Part shown: piece after piece, positions 1 through 14,561 of the stretch
Layout: every line of letters begins with the position of its first letter
Position numbering within the stretch: position 1 is the stretch's first letter
Notes under the pieces: model-generated
Database searches by the model: none
What the model was told of the DNA's origin: nothing
The model's input: the letters and a program-made list of their open reading frames with translations, nothing else
Made by a program: the position numbers and the translations under genes
Assembly: GCF_006345805.1 (NCBI RefSeq)
Contig: NC_043001.1
Coordinates: 8,184,001 to 8,248,000, forward strand
DNA: 64,000 bases
Direction of reading: 5' to 3'
DNA from: Octopus sinensis
Lineage: Eukaryota

Positions 1-2029
1 GAGCAGTTATGGGTACATATGTATGTACACTTAGAAGTAAAATCATGCAGATGCACATAAGAAATGTGCACTACATATGTACACATATATACGTGCACAA
101 TATGTGTATGTACACAAATATAGACTTATCTATAGGTATTTGCATCAAGGAGACAACGGGGATTTTATCTAATTTCTAATAAAGATAATTGTTGTTGGTT
201 AAAAAGCAATCAATTACGTATTAAGATTGAAACTGGAAACATAAGGCTAAAGTGCAACCCACACTCTACAGAACCACCTTAAAACCTCATTAAATGTGTG
301 ACTCGTCTGGAATAGTTTAATCTGGTTTGCAATTAGATATGTCATTGACAGATAAAAATGGTGAATAAGTTCAAAATTGAGTGACGCTTGCCAATATGAT
401 TATAATCAGTGATTTTAAATACTCTTCTTTAGCTCTGCACCATTCGTAGCGACGTTGAGTTTCTAAAAAAAATAACATCTTCTAAGTTTTCAATTAAAAC
501 ACTCCGGTAATTTAGAAAAGCAATATTCCACTTTCTTTGATCTTATATTCCCTGTAATTATGAAGCTTCATACTAAACGATAAAATATAAATTTGCACAG
601 AGAAAATTATATATATCAGTTACAAAGTTGATGTTAACCACTGAAAGTCTTGATGTCAGTTTTTCGACTCATCGTTTATGATGGAGGGATAGCAGCGATT
701 TTGATTATTTTCAAATTATCTGATGTTGCTGCTACTTTCTTGAAAAACACAAACACATACTCATTTTCTACACGTTGTTTTCTTAAAATATGATAAATTT
801 TCCGTATGCACGTATACAAACGTACACAAATGTGTACAATGATATTTCTTATTCTCAATCGTATTCAAACGTTTTTCTCATCTTAGTTTTGAAAACTACT
901 CAATACCTTGTAGGAATTTCTTTTCTCTCGAACGAAAACTCATTCTTGAGTCGTAAAGTTTAAGAGTGTAGAATTAGATATTGTGTAAGGTATACCACTC
1001 AGTTTTCGTTCCTTATAATGAGGTTGAGACATAATATACTGACGATTGATGGTTTAAAATATTTCTCCCAAAAATTAAAATTAGGTTTAACGCAATTAGT
1101 AAAATTATTTTGATTTTTCACATTGTTCTACAACGTATATCTTCAAATGCCTCACCATCTAATATTTTTCAGAGTTGTGCACTGCTTGAAATCCTAGAGG
1201 GTGCGTAAAATTGATAACATAATATATACGGTTTCGTGACATCTTATACTCTGTCAAAACCCCAATGCGGGAAATCTCCCTATTCAATACTACACACATT
1301 TGCTTCAGTGAACTTGCATCTTGTGAAATAAATCGATATTTTATCAGCTGTGTCACTGGAAAATAGAGCGATTCTGAAAAGGTAGATGAATGATGAAAAG
1401 AAACGACTACTATTATGTATATTGCTTCAATTAAATCACTTTAGATTAATGTCTTAATGTAATGACATGTTGAAAGAAACTTACGAAGACAATATTTTCG
1501 ATAAAGGAATGATTTGTACATATAAATAGAAATATAAACTGCTCGCTATGAAAAGAATCGTGCCTGTGGCAAAGAGATTCCAGTCATGCTGATTCAAGTA
1601 TATCATTATGATCTTATTAATCAGAATAAAACTACCAATGTAATAGCATTTAATGATAAACTTCTAAGAAGAGGTTTCCATTTCAAACACATTCTCTGTA
1701 TTCTTTTCTCTTCGCCTACATAACTACAAACAAGCTCATAGAGGAATTGTCTTTTATTTGGTCGATTTTGTATGAGAAAATTTAATGCGAATATGCAATT
1801 CGTTCCGAAAGTATTATATTATACACATAGTTATACGAGAGACATAAGAGAGGATCAGTTCTTGAAACGAAGCTAGTTAAATGCAATATATTTTAAAGAC
1901 GTCCTTAACCAATGTGCCATAAAGGAACCACTTCAGGGATATTGATTACATCAGACTCTTTCTATGCATTTGCCTTCATTGCCGCCTTTCCCCTCTTCTC
2001 ATTACACACGAGTATAAATATACACACAC

Positions 2030-2303
2030 TGGACACCATATGTGTGTGCATATATATGTATATATACATACGTATAAATATATGTGTGTGTATAACAGAT
2101 TTCATTTAGCTGTCCATCTTTACAGAAACACATACACATACACACACATACACATACACACACACACATTTATACATACATGTATACATATATATATGCA
2201 TATATATAAATATACATATATATGTATGTATATATATATATATACATATATATACATATATATATATATACATATATATACATATATATATGCATATATA
2301 TAA

Positions 2304-2341
<38 letters not shown>

Positions 2342-2517
2342 TATATATATATTATATATATATATATACATATAGATATATGTGTGTGTATAGCAGCTTT
2401 CATTTAGCTGTTTATCTTTACACAAAAGCATACTCATGCACAAACACAGACGCACATCTACACACATACACATATATATACATATATATATTTATGTATA
2501 TGCTTTCTTGTTTGGAT

Positions 2518-2563
<46 letters not shown>

Positions 2564-2600
2564 ATATATGTATGTATGTATATATATGCATGTATATATA
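2030..2600. repeat. Compound (TA)n/(CA)n/(TACA)n microsatellite
   Basis: Direct reading; it explains the YI/HT-rich ORFs in the track. Confidence 0.95.
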
Positions 2601-3734
2601 TATTTATGCTAAAACTTTCCCATCTAAATACGAAAACGAATGCAGTGTAAAATCATTTGGCACACTTACCGTAAGAGCGTCACCGAATGAATATTTCGTT
2701 ACGAACAAAGAACGTATCCGCTAACTGCATGCCAAGCTATCAGTCACATGGCGTTCTTGATTAATTCAATCAAACGCCTATCCGTTATGGTGATATTGAT
2801 AGGAAGAATATAAATTATATTATACGTGCTATTGATAACAGTGCAATGATTTAAGCTTGCATATTGAAACTGCTGCATATCTAAGCTCACTCGTGCATAT
2901 TCACCGACAAGAAATAGTTAGAAAATATATTTTAATGTAATTTAAAATACATAATCGATAATCTTATATATCAATTTTTTGATATATAGATCCTATTTTG
3001 TGAGAAATTTGGAATATTCTAAATGGTTTTACTAGAATGATCTCTAAAGAATCCATAAAACATCAATGATTGTGAGGATGAAGAGACAGTTATATTGAGC
3101 CAGATTAGTTCATTGGTATATATCTTATTGATCGGGGAGAATAAAAGGCAGATTTACACCGTTTAACATTTGAAACCGAAGCAATACGTCTAATATTTTT
3201 GACATGTCGTATATCTAACGATTTTATTTAGAAGAATTCGTATTTCAAAATGAACACCTATATAATGGAGATTGAGTAGGAATCCATGTTACCTGGAGGA
3301 GCATCCAGGAGTTCTTTAAGCATGTTTCAATTCATGTAACACAAAATGGACACTCATATCAGAAAATTTCCATTGTGATTAAAAACAACGTCAACATTTT
3401 ATAATTATGATAGTATCAATACATACTGGCTCATATAAAGATAAATTATTATAAAATTAATCACTGCATTTTTCTATCTTTATCTCTTTCTCATACATCA
3501 TCATCATCATCAGCAGCAGCAGCAACAGTAGCACTTTAGCTGTAGCAGGCAAACCGCAAAGGTACACCGGTTTCGAAACTCTGTTTTGGCATAATTTTCC
3601 CCGACACCAACCATTTTACAAAGTGTAGAGGGTGACTTTTATGTAGCAAGAGCAACCGTCTCTTCTGCCTTTTACCTGGCACTGACAGCAACAGGGTCAC
3701 AAAGTAACTTGCTAGACGAATTCCTCTCAACTGG

Positions 3735-3774
<40 letters not shown>

Positions 3775-3901
3775 AAGAAAGCGAGAAAGAATTTTGGAGG
3801 TGCATCGGCAGCTACAGCTGCGTAGCAGTGCGTGGAGTGTATAACAGGGGACAGAGCAGGATGATCCATAATAGTGTGAAAGAAGGTGTATATGTATACG
3901 C

Positions 3902-3950
<49 letters not shown>

Positions 3951-5446
3951 TAATCCAAGCATGAAGACACAAAGAGAAAACACAACAACGCGAGGACGTG
4001 GAACAAATATAGTATTATTGGATGCTCAGAAAAGGAAAGAAGGATTGAGGATATATATATATATAGTCAATAATAATAAGGGTAAAATTAATTAATTATT
4101 AATTAATAATTTTACCAAGTAGTGTTCAGTATGTAAAAACACCATTTACGGTATATTTAAAACATTACGTTATATAATTAGGGTTCAGCAAAAAAATTTA
4201 CTTTACCACACACCGAAATTTTAGAAATAGCAGCCAAAGAATTTAGCTATTTCCTCTACTATAAGAAGAGTCTCCCAGACAATGTATACTCAAAAACAAT
4301 TCACGTAGGTGTAGAGGGAAAAATAACGAACGATGCCACGTACATCGATTACTTGAGAACCACAGGGACTCATACACGCCTTCTCACACGCACGTACCCA
4401 AACGCACATAAACACTCACATACATTCAGTTCCGCACACAGCTACTTATCCAGAGATACACCCTCTCTCCCGCTCGCCCCCCTTCTCTCTCACACGCATA
4501 TAATGCAACTTATGATGGAAAGCGTCCTGTTTGTACAATGATCTAAATCATTCTTTTGAACGCGCCTCTCTCATCAACAACTTTGCTAAATCAAGCGGCG
4601 AATATGGAAAATAGTTAAATAATTATAAAAGCTGTGTGTACATTGACAAAAAGTTGAAATGTGCATCACTTCTACAGACGAAGTGACGAGGTGATGCGAA
4701 AGGTAGATTAGCATCTTTGTATTAGTAAAGCATTTTGTCGACGCGGAAATGATGTAAATATGATTATAACTTTGTAAATACAGAGATAACGCCAAATTGT
4801 AATACGTTTTATATATTTATTTATTTATTTTTATTTTTCACTAGTCACTTATCTCGTACACATAACGCTCACAATGACTTTTATTAATGATCAATTTCTT
4901 GGAGAAATAGAAAAAAAATATCTGCTACAAAATGGTACAGAGGATTTATAACATTGGTTTTTTTTTTACAGTAGCTCACTAAAAGAAAATTACACATTCG
5001 TTAAAGCTCTAGATAATATAACTGAAAATATTTGTTTAAATATCCGAGTTTTTGAATAGAAATTGTATTTAGGTCTTTATTAAACCTTATCGTTTCTCAT
5101 TCAATAGGTGCAACAGTGGCTAGTTACCACCTCGGTAGTAAGATCAGGCTGGAGAAGAGGTGTCTGTTACGAGATATGTTTGCAAAGAGATGGAAGTCTG
5201 TAGCGTGCAAGCTGGGTATATCTGGCACCAGGTAAGTGTGGCCGGATCAAGAAGTAAAGGTTCTACCCGGATGGCAGGGATCCGTGCTCTACTGTATAAT
5301 ACCAAATTTTTAAAACCTTATATCGTAAATATTATACATATTTTATTGTAATCACCAACGTTTTAAGCTACTACACCATATATGTTTTTCTGTATTTGTA
5401 TGTTCCCTCTATGTAACGCCTTAATGGCGAATCTTTCATGAAATAA

Positions 5447-5870
5447 AGTAGGTTGCTTACCAACCATATGGTTCCGGGTTCAGTCCCACTGCGTAGTAGC
5501 ATAGGGCCTTGGACAAGTGTCTTCTACTATAGCCTCGGACTGGCCCAAAGGCTTGTGAGTGGATTTGGTAGACGGAAACTGAAAGAATCGAGCACGGAAC
5601 TGTCGGCATTTATCTTAAACATTTCAAACTTGCATAGTTGAATATTTTCTTATATGTTAGGACTTTCTGGCTGTCTTTGTCTCCACAAATTGACAAACGG
5701 TATGTTTCCGTCTCTGTAAGTTATCAGTTTACCAAAAGAAACTGGTGGCAGGCATAAGTACGAGGCTTACAAAAGAATAAGTACAGAGATCGATTCGACT
5801 AACATTCTTCAAGATGTCAGGCCGACATGGCCACTGTCGAATAAGTGGAACAAGTAAAATACACATATGT
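5447..5870 (+). mobile_element. tRNA-derived SINE, family 2 (CORE-like TTGG.CAAGT segment; 3' end related to the LINE-A/B tail)
   Basis: GGTTCCGGGTTCAGTCCCACTGCG..CTTGGACAAGTGTCTTCTACTATAGCC..GAAACTGAAAG; degenerate 3' end CATGGCCAC..GAACAAGTAAAA. Confidence 0.75.
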
Positions 5871-5943
5871 GCACACACACATCCACGCACGCAAACATAC
5901 ATTCCAACATACACAAACGCAAATATTCACACACACAGAAGCA

Positions 5944-5944
<1 letters not shown>

Positions 5945-6016
<72 letters not shown>

Positions 6017-6171
6017 TAGATATATAGATAGATAGATAGATAGATAGATGATAGATAGATAGATATATAGATAGATAGATAATAGATAGATAGATAGATA
6101 GATGGATAGACAGATAGACAGATAGATAGATAGAGAGATAGATAGATAGATAGATATATATATAGATAGAT

Positions 6172-6228
<57 letters not shown>

Positions 6229-6288
6229 CAGATGGATAAATAGATAGACAGACAGATAAGTTTCTTTATTGGCCACACAGGGCTGCAC

Positions 6289-6371
<83 letters not shown>

Positions 6372-6372
6372 C
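5945..6372. repeat. (TA)n followed by long (GATA)n
   Basis: Direct reading. Confidence 0.95.
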
Positions 6373-9300
6373 ATTTCGGTGATATGCTTGTCCGGAAATG
6401 GTTAGGATTTGATCTGTAAAAGTTGAAGATTGTACTTATAAACGCAAAAATCCTAAAAAGATGCGAAAGTATTTTTCAGTCTGTGTTTTTTTTCTGGACT
6501 AAGTTCTGCCCGAATGTTCCGAACATGAGAGTGAACATTAACCTCAACCCTTTTTAATACGGAATCCGAGGCCGAAATGTCAATATTAAAAGAAATGAAA
6601 GCAATGATATTACACAAGGAACATAAAATCCTACTCCACACGAGTATGTTTGCATTCTGTCCATGAAGGTAGAGTCTGTGGACATGCACCATTGCGGTGC
6701 ATTCCTCCATTCAGCATTCGTCGGTATAAATACGGTGGGTATATATGCGGTTCCTCCGCAGGTGCCCTGTTTAGCAGAGTCCCAGTCAGTAGCAATTTCT
6801 GGGATGGATTTACTTGTTCATCTACTGGGAACATATGGTATGTGGCCGATCAACGAGAGCCATCAACCCAGCTCGGTGAAGAGAACAAGGTTTAGCAGGG
6901 TCTAACATGGACAATTGAACAACATCATTACCAAACAGTCTGAGCTAACGCTCCCTTAATTATACGAATGACAGCACTCGTTCTAGTTTCTGAGTAGAGT
7001 TGTCGATTGAATACGAAAAGCGAGCAAATGCAATCCATAATCCTGAGAATCGTCCAGGTACCAAAGTAGTTTAGATAGCATCTAAGGATCCTGCTAAATT
7101 ACGAACTCTCCCAAATGTAGCCCAAGACACAGGACCAGATATCTACAAACCGTAAACGTTCTCCCCCTGCACGTATATCAGCAGCGCCAGCATCTAATCC
7201 ATACGGACAGCTGAGATTAAAATCTGTTCGTATTCTCATTCAGTCACTTTCATTACTCGCATTCCCGAATTCTGGTTTGTTATTATTAGCTCCAACAAGG
7301 ATAATCGAAAGCAATATGATATCGATACATTGATCCCGGATATTTTCTTCCATAAGGAAAATGAATAATGCATTTTCGAACTCGATCTATTGCCCTGAAT
7401 TTCGAAAGGACGTCGTTGATAGCGAATGGCTGAGTCGATAACGTGTAGGAAACCACACGCAAATGTGATTGCTAAAGGACAGCAATAGGAAGTTGGGTCT
7501 CAAATTCCAAATAAAAATGAATCATTGTCCAGTAACGAATGACTGAAGTTTATAGACTTTGAAAGCCCGAAGTCGTATAACGTTAATGGGGCACCGATGC
7601 AGGATACAGCTGAAATTTGAATTAAGTAGACGGTGCGAGGAACGCACGAACCTGATGTGCGTAAATCAAATAGCTAATATCACATACACAACCGTACAAA
7701 ACCCTTCGTCCTATTCATGCATTACCAGTGGAACTCAAGCATTTTATACAGTTATATATTACATTAATTGCTAATTCGTATATTAATATTAATTCCATTA
7801 ATTAACTGATCGACTAAAACCTGTAGAGAGAACAGCTCACCGCGTCGCAGTAAGTAAATGTTTACCTATTACATGAAATTACCTTTAATGAATAGAGAGC
7901 GATAACCACTGCTAATTTATTTATGTGAGATATTTATTGACACAGTCATTCATTCATATATAATTTCGTAAATATATTCCATGATATTGATGGTGTCCAA
8001 AGTCTCCAGCACATTTTAGTCTGAAGGAAGCAAAAGTCACTCGGTATATATCTCTGTAGAAAAATATTCGTGAAGCAACTGACTCTGTTTTCGGAAAACA
8101 TCTAGATATTTCTTCAGACATAATGTTAGTAAAATCACCACTTAGAGAAACAAAACACACTCTCATTCTTAGACACGTTATCTCCCCTCTCTCTCACTTA
8201 CTCTCTCTCTCACTCTCTCTCACACTTTCTCTCACACTCACTCACTCTCTCACTCTTATACTGTCTACCTATCTATCTCGATGCATATATGTATGTGCGT
8301 GTGTGTGCGAGTGTGTGTGCGTATGTGTGTTCGTGTGTATGTATGTATGTATGTATGTATGTTTGCACAATAACATGCGATATATGTGTGGATATAGAGA
8401 GGTGAGAGAGACAGAGAAATAGTAGAACCAAAGAAAGTAAGAAAGAAAGAAAGAAAGAAAGAATGAAAGGGAGAAAATGTAAGACATAGAATTATAGCGT
8501 GACTGTAAGAGAATGGTAAATGATAGTGAATTCTGTTGCCTATCTGTGTATGGTAGTGTCTATCTCGGCCTCTACAATTATGTCGATATAAAACACGACA
8601 TAAATTCGGTTACTATGTATTAAAGTTGTAATTAATCTCTATCAAGTCTGTAGTATATTTCGTGAAATAAACTTTTCTCCCATGTATAACCAATCAAATG
8701 TGTGTTCATTGCGGCTGCAATCAACAGAGCAATTATTTTCACTGACTCCTACCACCACGTTCTTGATTTGCAAACGACTGGAATTTGTCAAAGTCTTACT
8801 CTGTTGTAGTTCAATTCCGTAGTAGATCTTACTCGTATTTCGTATAATGGAAGTTCTTTAAGAGACAAAAAAAAGATGGCAAGAAATATTTTGTTTAATG
8901 CAATAAATCGCTTTGAAAGTGTAATAACACTAATGCACAATGGTTTAAAGTCTTAATCTGAGACGAACACTTCAAGCAAAGATTCCCCTGGTTTAATCTT
9001 ATCTCAGCCATTCGTGTTTTGTCTGCTATAGATAATTATGTGTTGAAGGGTACTGAAGTATTTCTAAATTTCTTTTATTTAATTTCAATCTTTTATTTAA
9101 TTTCCGTCTAAGTACTTTCTGTTGCTTCCCAGACAGGAGTTAGAAAAAAATGAATGTATTTAAAACGTAATCTAATAAATTAAGCAAATATAAAATTTGA
9201 CGTAGACCCGCTGACTATATTTTATTTTCTCATATTTATATCTATCTAAAATATCATCACAATTTGAAATTCGTTTTTATTTTCGTATTACTTACTTTAT

Positions 9301-10174
9301 TACATTTTATTTGAAATTTATCTGTACCAGTCATTCAATCCCTAAACACATATATGATTGATATTCCTATATTAGATTTTGATGCTCGAACGATTTGGCT
9401 TTGGGAATCGGAAATCCGATTAGTTCCTGAAAGTTAATAACTTAACTGATTAATTGCGTATTTAAACTTAATTGGTCAGTCTAGCTTACAATCCACTCAC
9501 GTAGACATTTTCAAATGTCTGAAAAGGAAATTTGTCGATGCTGCCTCGAAACTCATGAAATTCGATTTTAGTTGAATTTCCCTGGTCTTGTTTAACGCAT
9601 TAATGCCTGCCGAAACCAATGGAAATCGATACTTTAAGGGGGGTGGTGATATCAATTTAGCTTTTGATTGATATTTGATGTAAGTACATTACAAACATGA
9701 AAGCTAGGGTTGTATAGTTTCTTTACATAGCATTACTCTATAGATTCATTGCCTATAAAAATTCTACGGTGTGACAGGTTATCTACAGTGAATTCTAACC
9801 AGTGAAAACTAATTTAATTTTAATTGCATAACCTCAAATAAAAATAAACTTTAATCTACATTTCTCTTAGATTAAAGTGCATTCGATATCAATAGACGCT
9901 TCTTTGTGATTTTCCCTTTCCTATGGCACACTACCCTTCTCCTTTCCTCTCTCTCTCTCTATCTCTGTCTCTGCCTCTCCCTCTCTCTCCCTCTCGCTTT
10001 CTGTCTTTCTCTCTTCTTACTCATTCATATCCTTTATTTGTCTCTCACTGTTTTCAACATCCTTTCCTACTTATATTTTCATCTCTGTCACACTGCCTTT
10101 ATCCCATTGCTCTCTTCCCTTAATTGATACTCAGACACGCAGGCGCACGCTCACACACAAACACACTCCCATAA

Positions 10175-10244
<70 letters not shown>

Positions 10245-10586
10245 CTCGTTCTCAAAGTCGCTCATGCAATCTTTGTTTCGTGATGCATACCTACCAATAG
10301 AATAAATTGCTATTTTCCGTAATTACGTCTTCCTCTACAAATGTCCATTCTGTGACTCTTTCGCCGAACGTAGAATGTTCGAAATTTCATTTAAATTTCA
10401 TATCGATATACTTTGAACTCCGATTTAAAATGACATCACTCAGATCATGCTCTCCCCTAACATTTTACGTAAATGTTAGCTTTCAGTATTTATTCAACCT
10501 GTCTGCGTTCAATGTAAACAATATAAACGGAAATATAGATTAGTTGATATATTATTAACTTATGACCCATACGTTAAAAATTTTGA

Positions 10587-10641
<55 letters not shown>

Positions 10642-11204
10642 GAGAGAGAGAGATATGGATATATATATATATATGGATATATATATATGTATGTATATAT
10701 ATAAATATATATCTATGTATATATATAAAAAAAAATATATATACATATATATACTTGGTTATAAAGAATGAGAGAGATATGTATGTTTATAGCCGGGGAC
10801 CGAAAGCTTGAATCAGTAGCTTCAAAGTAACACATACATCAATTTACACAGACACCAACACAGAGACACACAGACACAAACACAGAGTCTCACATACACA
10901 CTTATGTATGTATATATATATTCTCTCTGAAGTATACATTTCACACATTACTATATAATCTACTTCAAAAGACGATGCCATTTACGATGAATTTATAGCG
11001 TCATAATAGCTGGGAGGTATAAGTGCGTTATATTGTTTTAATTTCCATTGGAGTTTTAGCATTTTGAATGTATTATATCTCAGGTAGTGGATAAAACTTA
11101 CCAAACACTGAAATTTTGTTTAGAATAATTGACTAAAAGTTGAGTATTTGACACCCGTACCTTTGTCAACTACAAGATTTCTATTTCTTTTATCGAGGTA
11201 AATT

Positions 11205-11740
11205 CAGTCAAACTGATTGCCCGGGCCAGCATGATTGCATCACTGAATCCATTCCATTGTTCCATTAGGGATTTTAGATCTTCAACTTTGCATCCATCAT
11301 CTTCCATCTACGTATTCCATGGTCTTCCAATCGCTCTTGTACCATGATTTGGTGTCCACAGCAACATATTACTCAAAAATTGTTCTTTACCTCTCCAGAG
11401 GCAGTGGCCAGCAAAAACTCAATCTCAGCACTTGGAAATTAATGAGAAAATTGTTGCTTTCCCATATAACCGTTGTCTTGTAGGATGCTACCTCCAATAG
11501 ATGTTGAGAACTACCATGTTGAGAACGTGTCATTCTGGTATAGTATCCGTCCATCATACACCTGAGTCTATTGGGGAGAGTCCAAGCCGGAGATCAATAT
11601 AGAAGCACAGATTCCATAACTCGATGATGGCACAATTTAAAATGGGAAAATAATATTTCATTTTCTTTCCGGATTCTCTATATTTTGCTTGTATATTCCT
11701 CCATAAGCCCATGTTTTTTCCCATGATGTGAAATCTGCTT
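11205..11740 (-). pseudogene. Decayed RTE-clade LINE 3' fragment
   Basis: Minus strand gives ESVLLY.SPAWTL, DGYYTRM, LNIYWR.HPT, FAGHC and LLWTPNHGTRAIGRP, with frameshifts. Confidence 0.7.
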
Positions 11741-12131
11741 CATGACTTTCAGGACAATTATAAACTGTTATTCACTATCTACAATGTTCTGATGCCTTCT
11801 TTCTTTCCTTTCGAGTTTCCTGAATAGTTATCCTAATCACGATTACCTGCGTCTTTTTCTTTGCTTAATTCTTTGCAGAAAATTTTACAAGAATCCCATT
11901 CAGCTTCATTCTCTTTGTATATCACAGGAAACCGAGTGCAGTAACTCCTATTTTCATAAACCTTATCTACACAGCTGTTTACCTGTCATTTTTTACAGAT
12001 ATGCATGAATTCTATGGAGTACTTTTACATTTCTAAGTTACCCTCTAGCAACTACTTAAAGTGACACATTTTGTAATGATTTGCATCTTCCCCCATTCAC
12101 TTTTGATACACGTCATTGATTCTCCTCATGA

Positions 12132-12180
<49 letters not shown>

Positions 12181-12356
12181 TAATATATATATATATATAT
12201 ATAATATATATATATATATATTATATATATATATGTGTGTGTGTGTATATATATATATATTATATATATATATATTATATATACTACAATTTTAAGGAAT
12301 GACGTGGCGAAAAAATTTCTCTTCAGCTTGAGTTTTTTGCTACCCTGATATTGATA

Positions 12357-12401
<45 letters not shown>

Positions 12402-12920
12402 ATAAATATTAGGGAATAAATCCAAACTTACTTTGTCTCTAATTTAATAATATATATATATATATTCCGTTTTCAGCAGAGAAAGACGTGATTGCTTTTG
12501 CTCTGTGAAAAAGTTTGCATAGAACGGCGAAATAACCCACTGTAGTTGCAAAACGTAAAACTCTAAGTCATAGAGATCACTACAACACTTTGGTTTAAAA
12601 ATATTTTTAAAAATATATATATAAATATATACATATACACAGTAATTTTCATTTTCGCCGAAACGCACATGATGCAAAAATAACTGAATCAAGTTATCTC
12701 CTGCAAGAAAGAAAAAAGAAGCATCTCTCCTGAAAAAAATCCCGTAAACCAAAAAAAATAATCCAGACCACATTGTTGGATTAAGTATCAATTTCATCTA
12801 TTACATATTTTATTTATTATTCTATTTTATCTTTCACTTAGGCCCACATCTTAGTCAAAGTTGCGATCGTCATTTTGTTTGTTTACATTTTCAATATCTG
12901 TTCTCGATATAATAATTTTC

Positions 12921-14500
12921 CAGATACTATATCTTCTAATTAGCCTTAAGATTAAATTAAATAACGTTTAATATTGAAACCGTCAAATTAGCCTTAGGAT
13001 TAAATTAAATGACGTTTAATATTGTTTAATATTGTTAATAATTATTGTTAATTAGCCTTAAGATTAAATTAAATAACGTTTAATATTAAAAACGTCTAAT
13101 TAGCCTTAGGATTAAATTAAATAACGTTTAATATTGTTAATAATTATTGTTAATTAGCCTTAGGATTAAATTAAATAACGTTTAACATTGTTTAATATTG
13201 TTAATAATTACTGTTAATTAGCCTTAAGATTAAATTAAATAACGTTTAATATTGTTTTAATATTTTTAATAATTCTTCAGATACTCTATCTTCTAATTAG
13301 CCTTAAGATTAAATTAAATAACGTTTAATATTACCCACACTCTAATATAATATTAACATTTCTAATATATTTTCAGATACTCTATCTCCTGATTAGCCTT
13401 AAGATTAAATAACGTTTTTATCCACACTCTAATATAATATTAATATTGCTAATATATTTTCAGATACTCTATCTTCTAATTAGCCTTAAGATTAAATTAA
13501 ATAACGTTTAATATTAATAACGTCTAATTAGCCTTAAGATTAAATTAAATAACGGTTAATATTGCTTAATATTGTATACATAATTTTTCAGATACTCTGT
13601 CTTCTAATTAGCCTTAAGATTAAATAAATAACGTTTAATATTGTTTTAATATTGTTAATAATTATTGTTAATTAGCCTTAGGATTAAATTAAATAACGTT
13701 TAACATTGTTTAATATTGTTAATAATTACTGTTAATTAGCCTTAAGATTAAATTAAATAACGTTTAATATTGTTTTAATATTTTTAATAATTCTTCAGAT
13801 ACTCTATCTTCTAATTAGCCTTAAGATTAAATTAAATAACGTTTAATATTACCCACACTCTAATATAATATTAACATTTCTAATATATTTTCAGATACTC
13901 TATCTCCTGATTAGCCTTAAGATTAAATAACGTTTTTATCCACACTCTAATATAATATTATATTGCTAATATATTTTCAGATACTCTATCTTCTAATTAG
14001 CCTTAAGATTAAATTAAATAACGTTTAATATTAATAACGTCTAATTAGCCTTAAGATTAAATTAAATAACGGTTAATATTGCTTAATATTGTATACATAA
14101 TTTTTCAGATACTCTGTCTTCTAATTAGCCTTAAGATTAAATTAAATAACGTTTAATATTGCCCACACTCTAATATAATATTAATATTGCTAATATATTT
14201 TCAGATACTCTATCTCCAAATTAGCCTTAAGATTAAACAACGTTTTTATCCACACTCTAATATAATATTAATATTGCTAATACATTTTCAGATACTCTAT
14301 CTCCTAATTAGCCTTAAGATTAAACAACGTTTTTATCCACACTCTAATATAATATTAATATTGCTAATACATTTTCAGATACTCTATCCCCTAATTAGCC
14401 TTAAGATTAAATAACGTTTTTACCCAAATAACGTTTTTACACAAACTTTAATATTGTTAATATTTCTTTTTCAAGTACTCTATCTTCTAATTAGCCTTAA
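12921..14500 (+). repeat. AT-rich minisatellite array (core TAATTAGCCTTAAGATTAAATTAAATAACGTT, about 22 copies) with a roughly 518-bp higher-order duplication and terminal 87-bp units
   Basis: The core recurs every 45-95 bp. The block starting at 13141 recurs at 13659. CACACTCTAA recurs at 14164, 14251 and 14338. Confidence 0.9.
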
Positions 14501-14561
14501 TATCTTCCTGTCTTCTCTCGAACATAATTAGATAGATAAACGGATAGACGGATTATCCAGC

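Noticed and set aside
2040-2520. Many ORFs rich in YI, HT, LS or II repeats here and throughout the window
   Set aside because: They are translations of (TA)n, (CA)n, (GATA)n and (AAT)n microsatellites, which lack stops in some frames; there is no coding signal.
5160-5351. Short ORF containing a strong donor-like CAG|GTAAGT
   Set aside because: There is no supporting acceptor, partner exon or recognisable peptide.
6453-6905. Cluster of four overlapping 67-85 aa ORFs in a moderately GC-rich patch
   Set aside because: I found no recognisable motif in any frame. It may be an old repeat or an exon, but the sequence alone cannot support a call.
14187-14414. 75-aa ORF with a 29-residue repeat
   Set aside because: It is the translation of the 87-bp tandem units of the array.
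12921-14500. CRISPR-like appearance of a recurring core with variable interspaces (also 63185-63282)
   Set aside because: The interspaces are themselves repeated rather than unique, the context is eukaryotic, and there are no cas genes.
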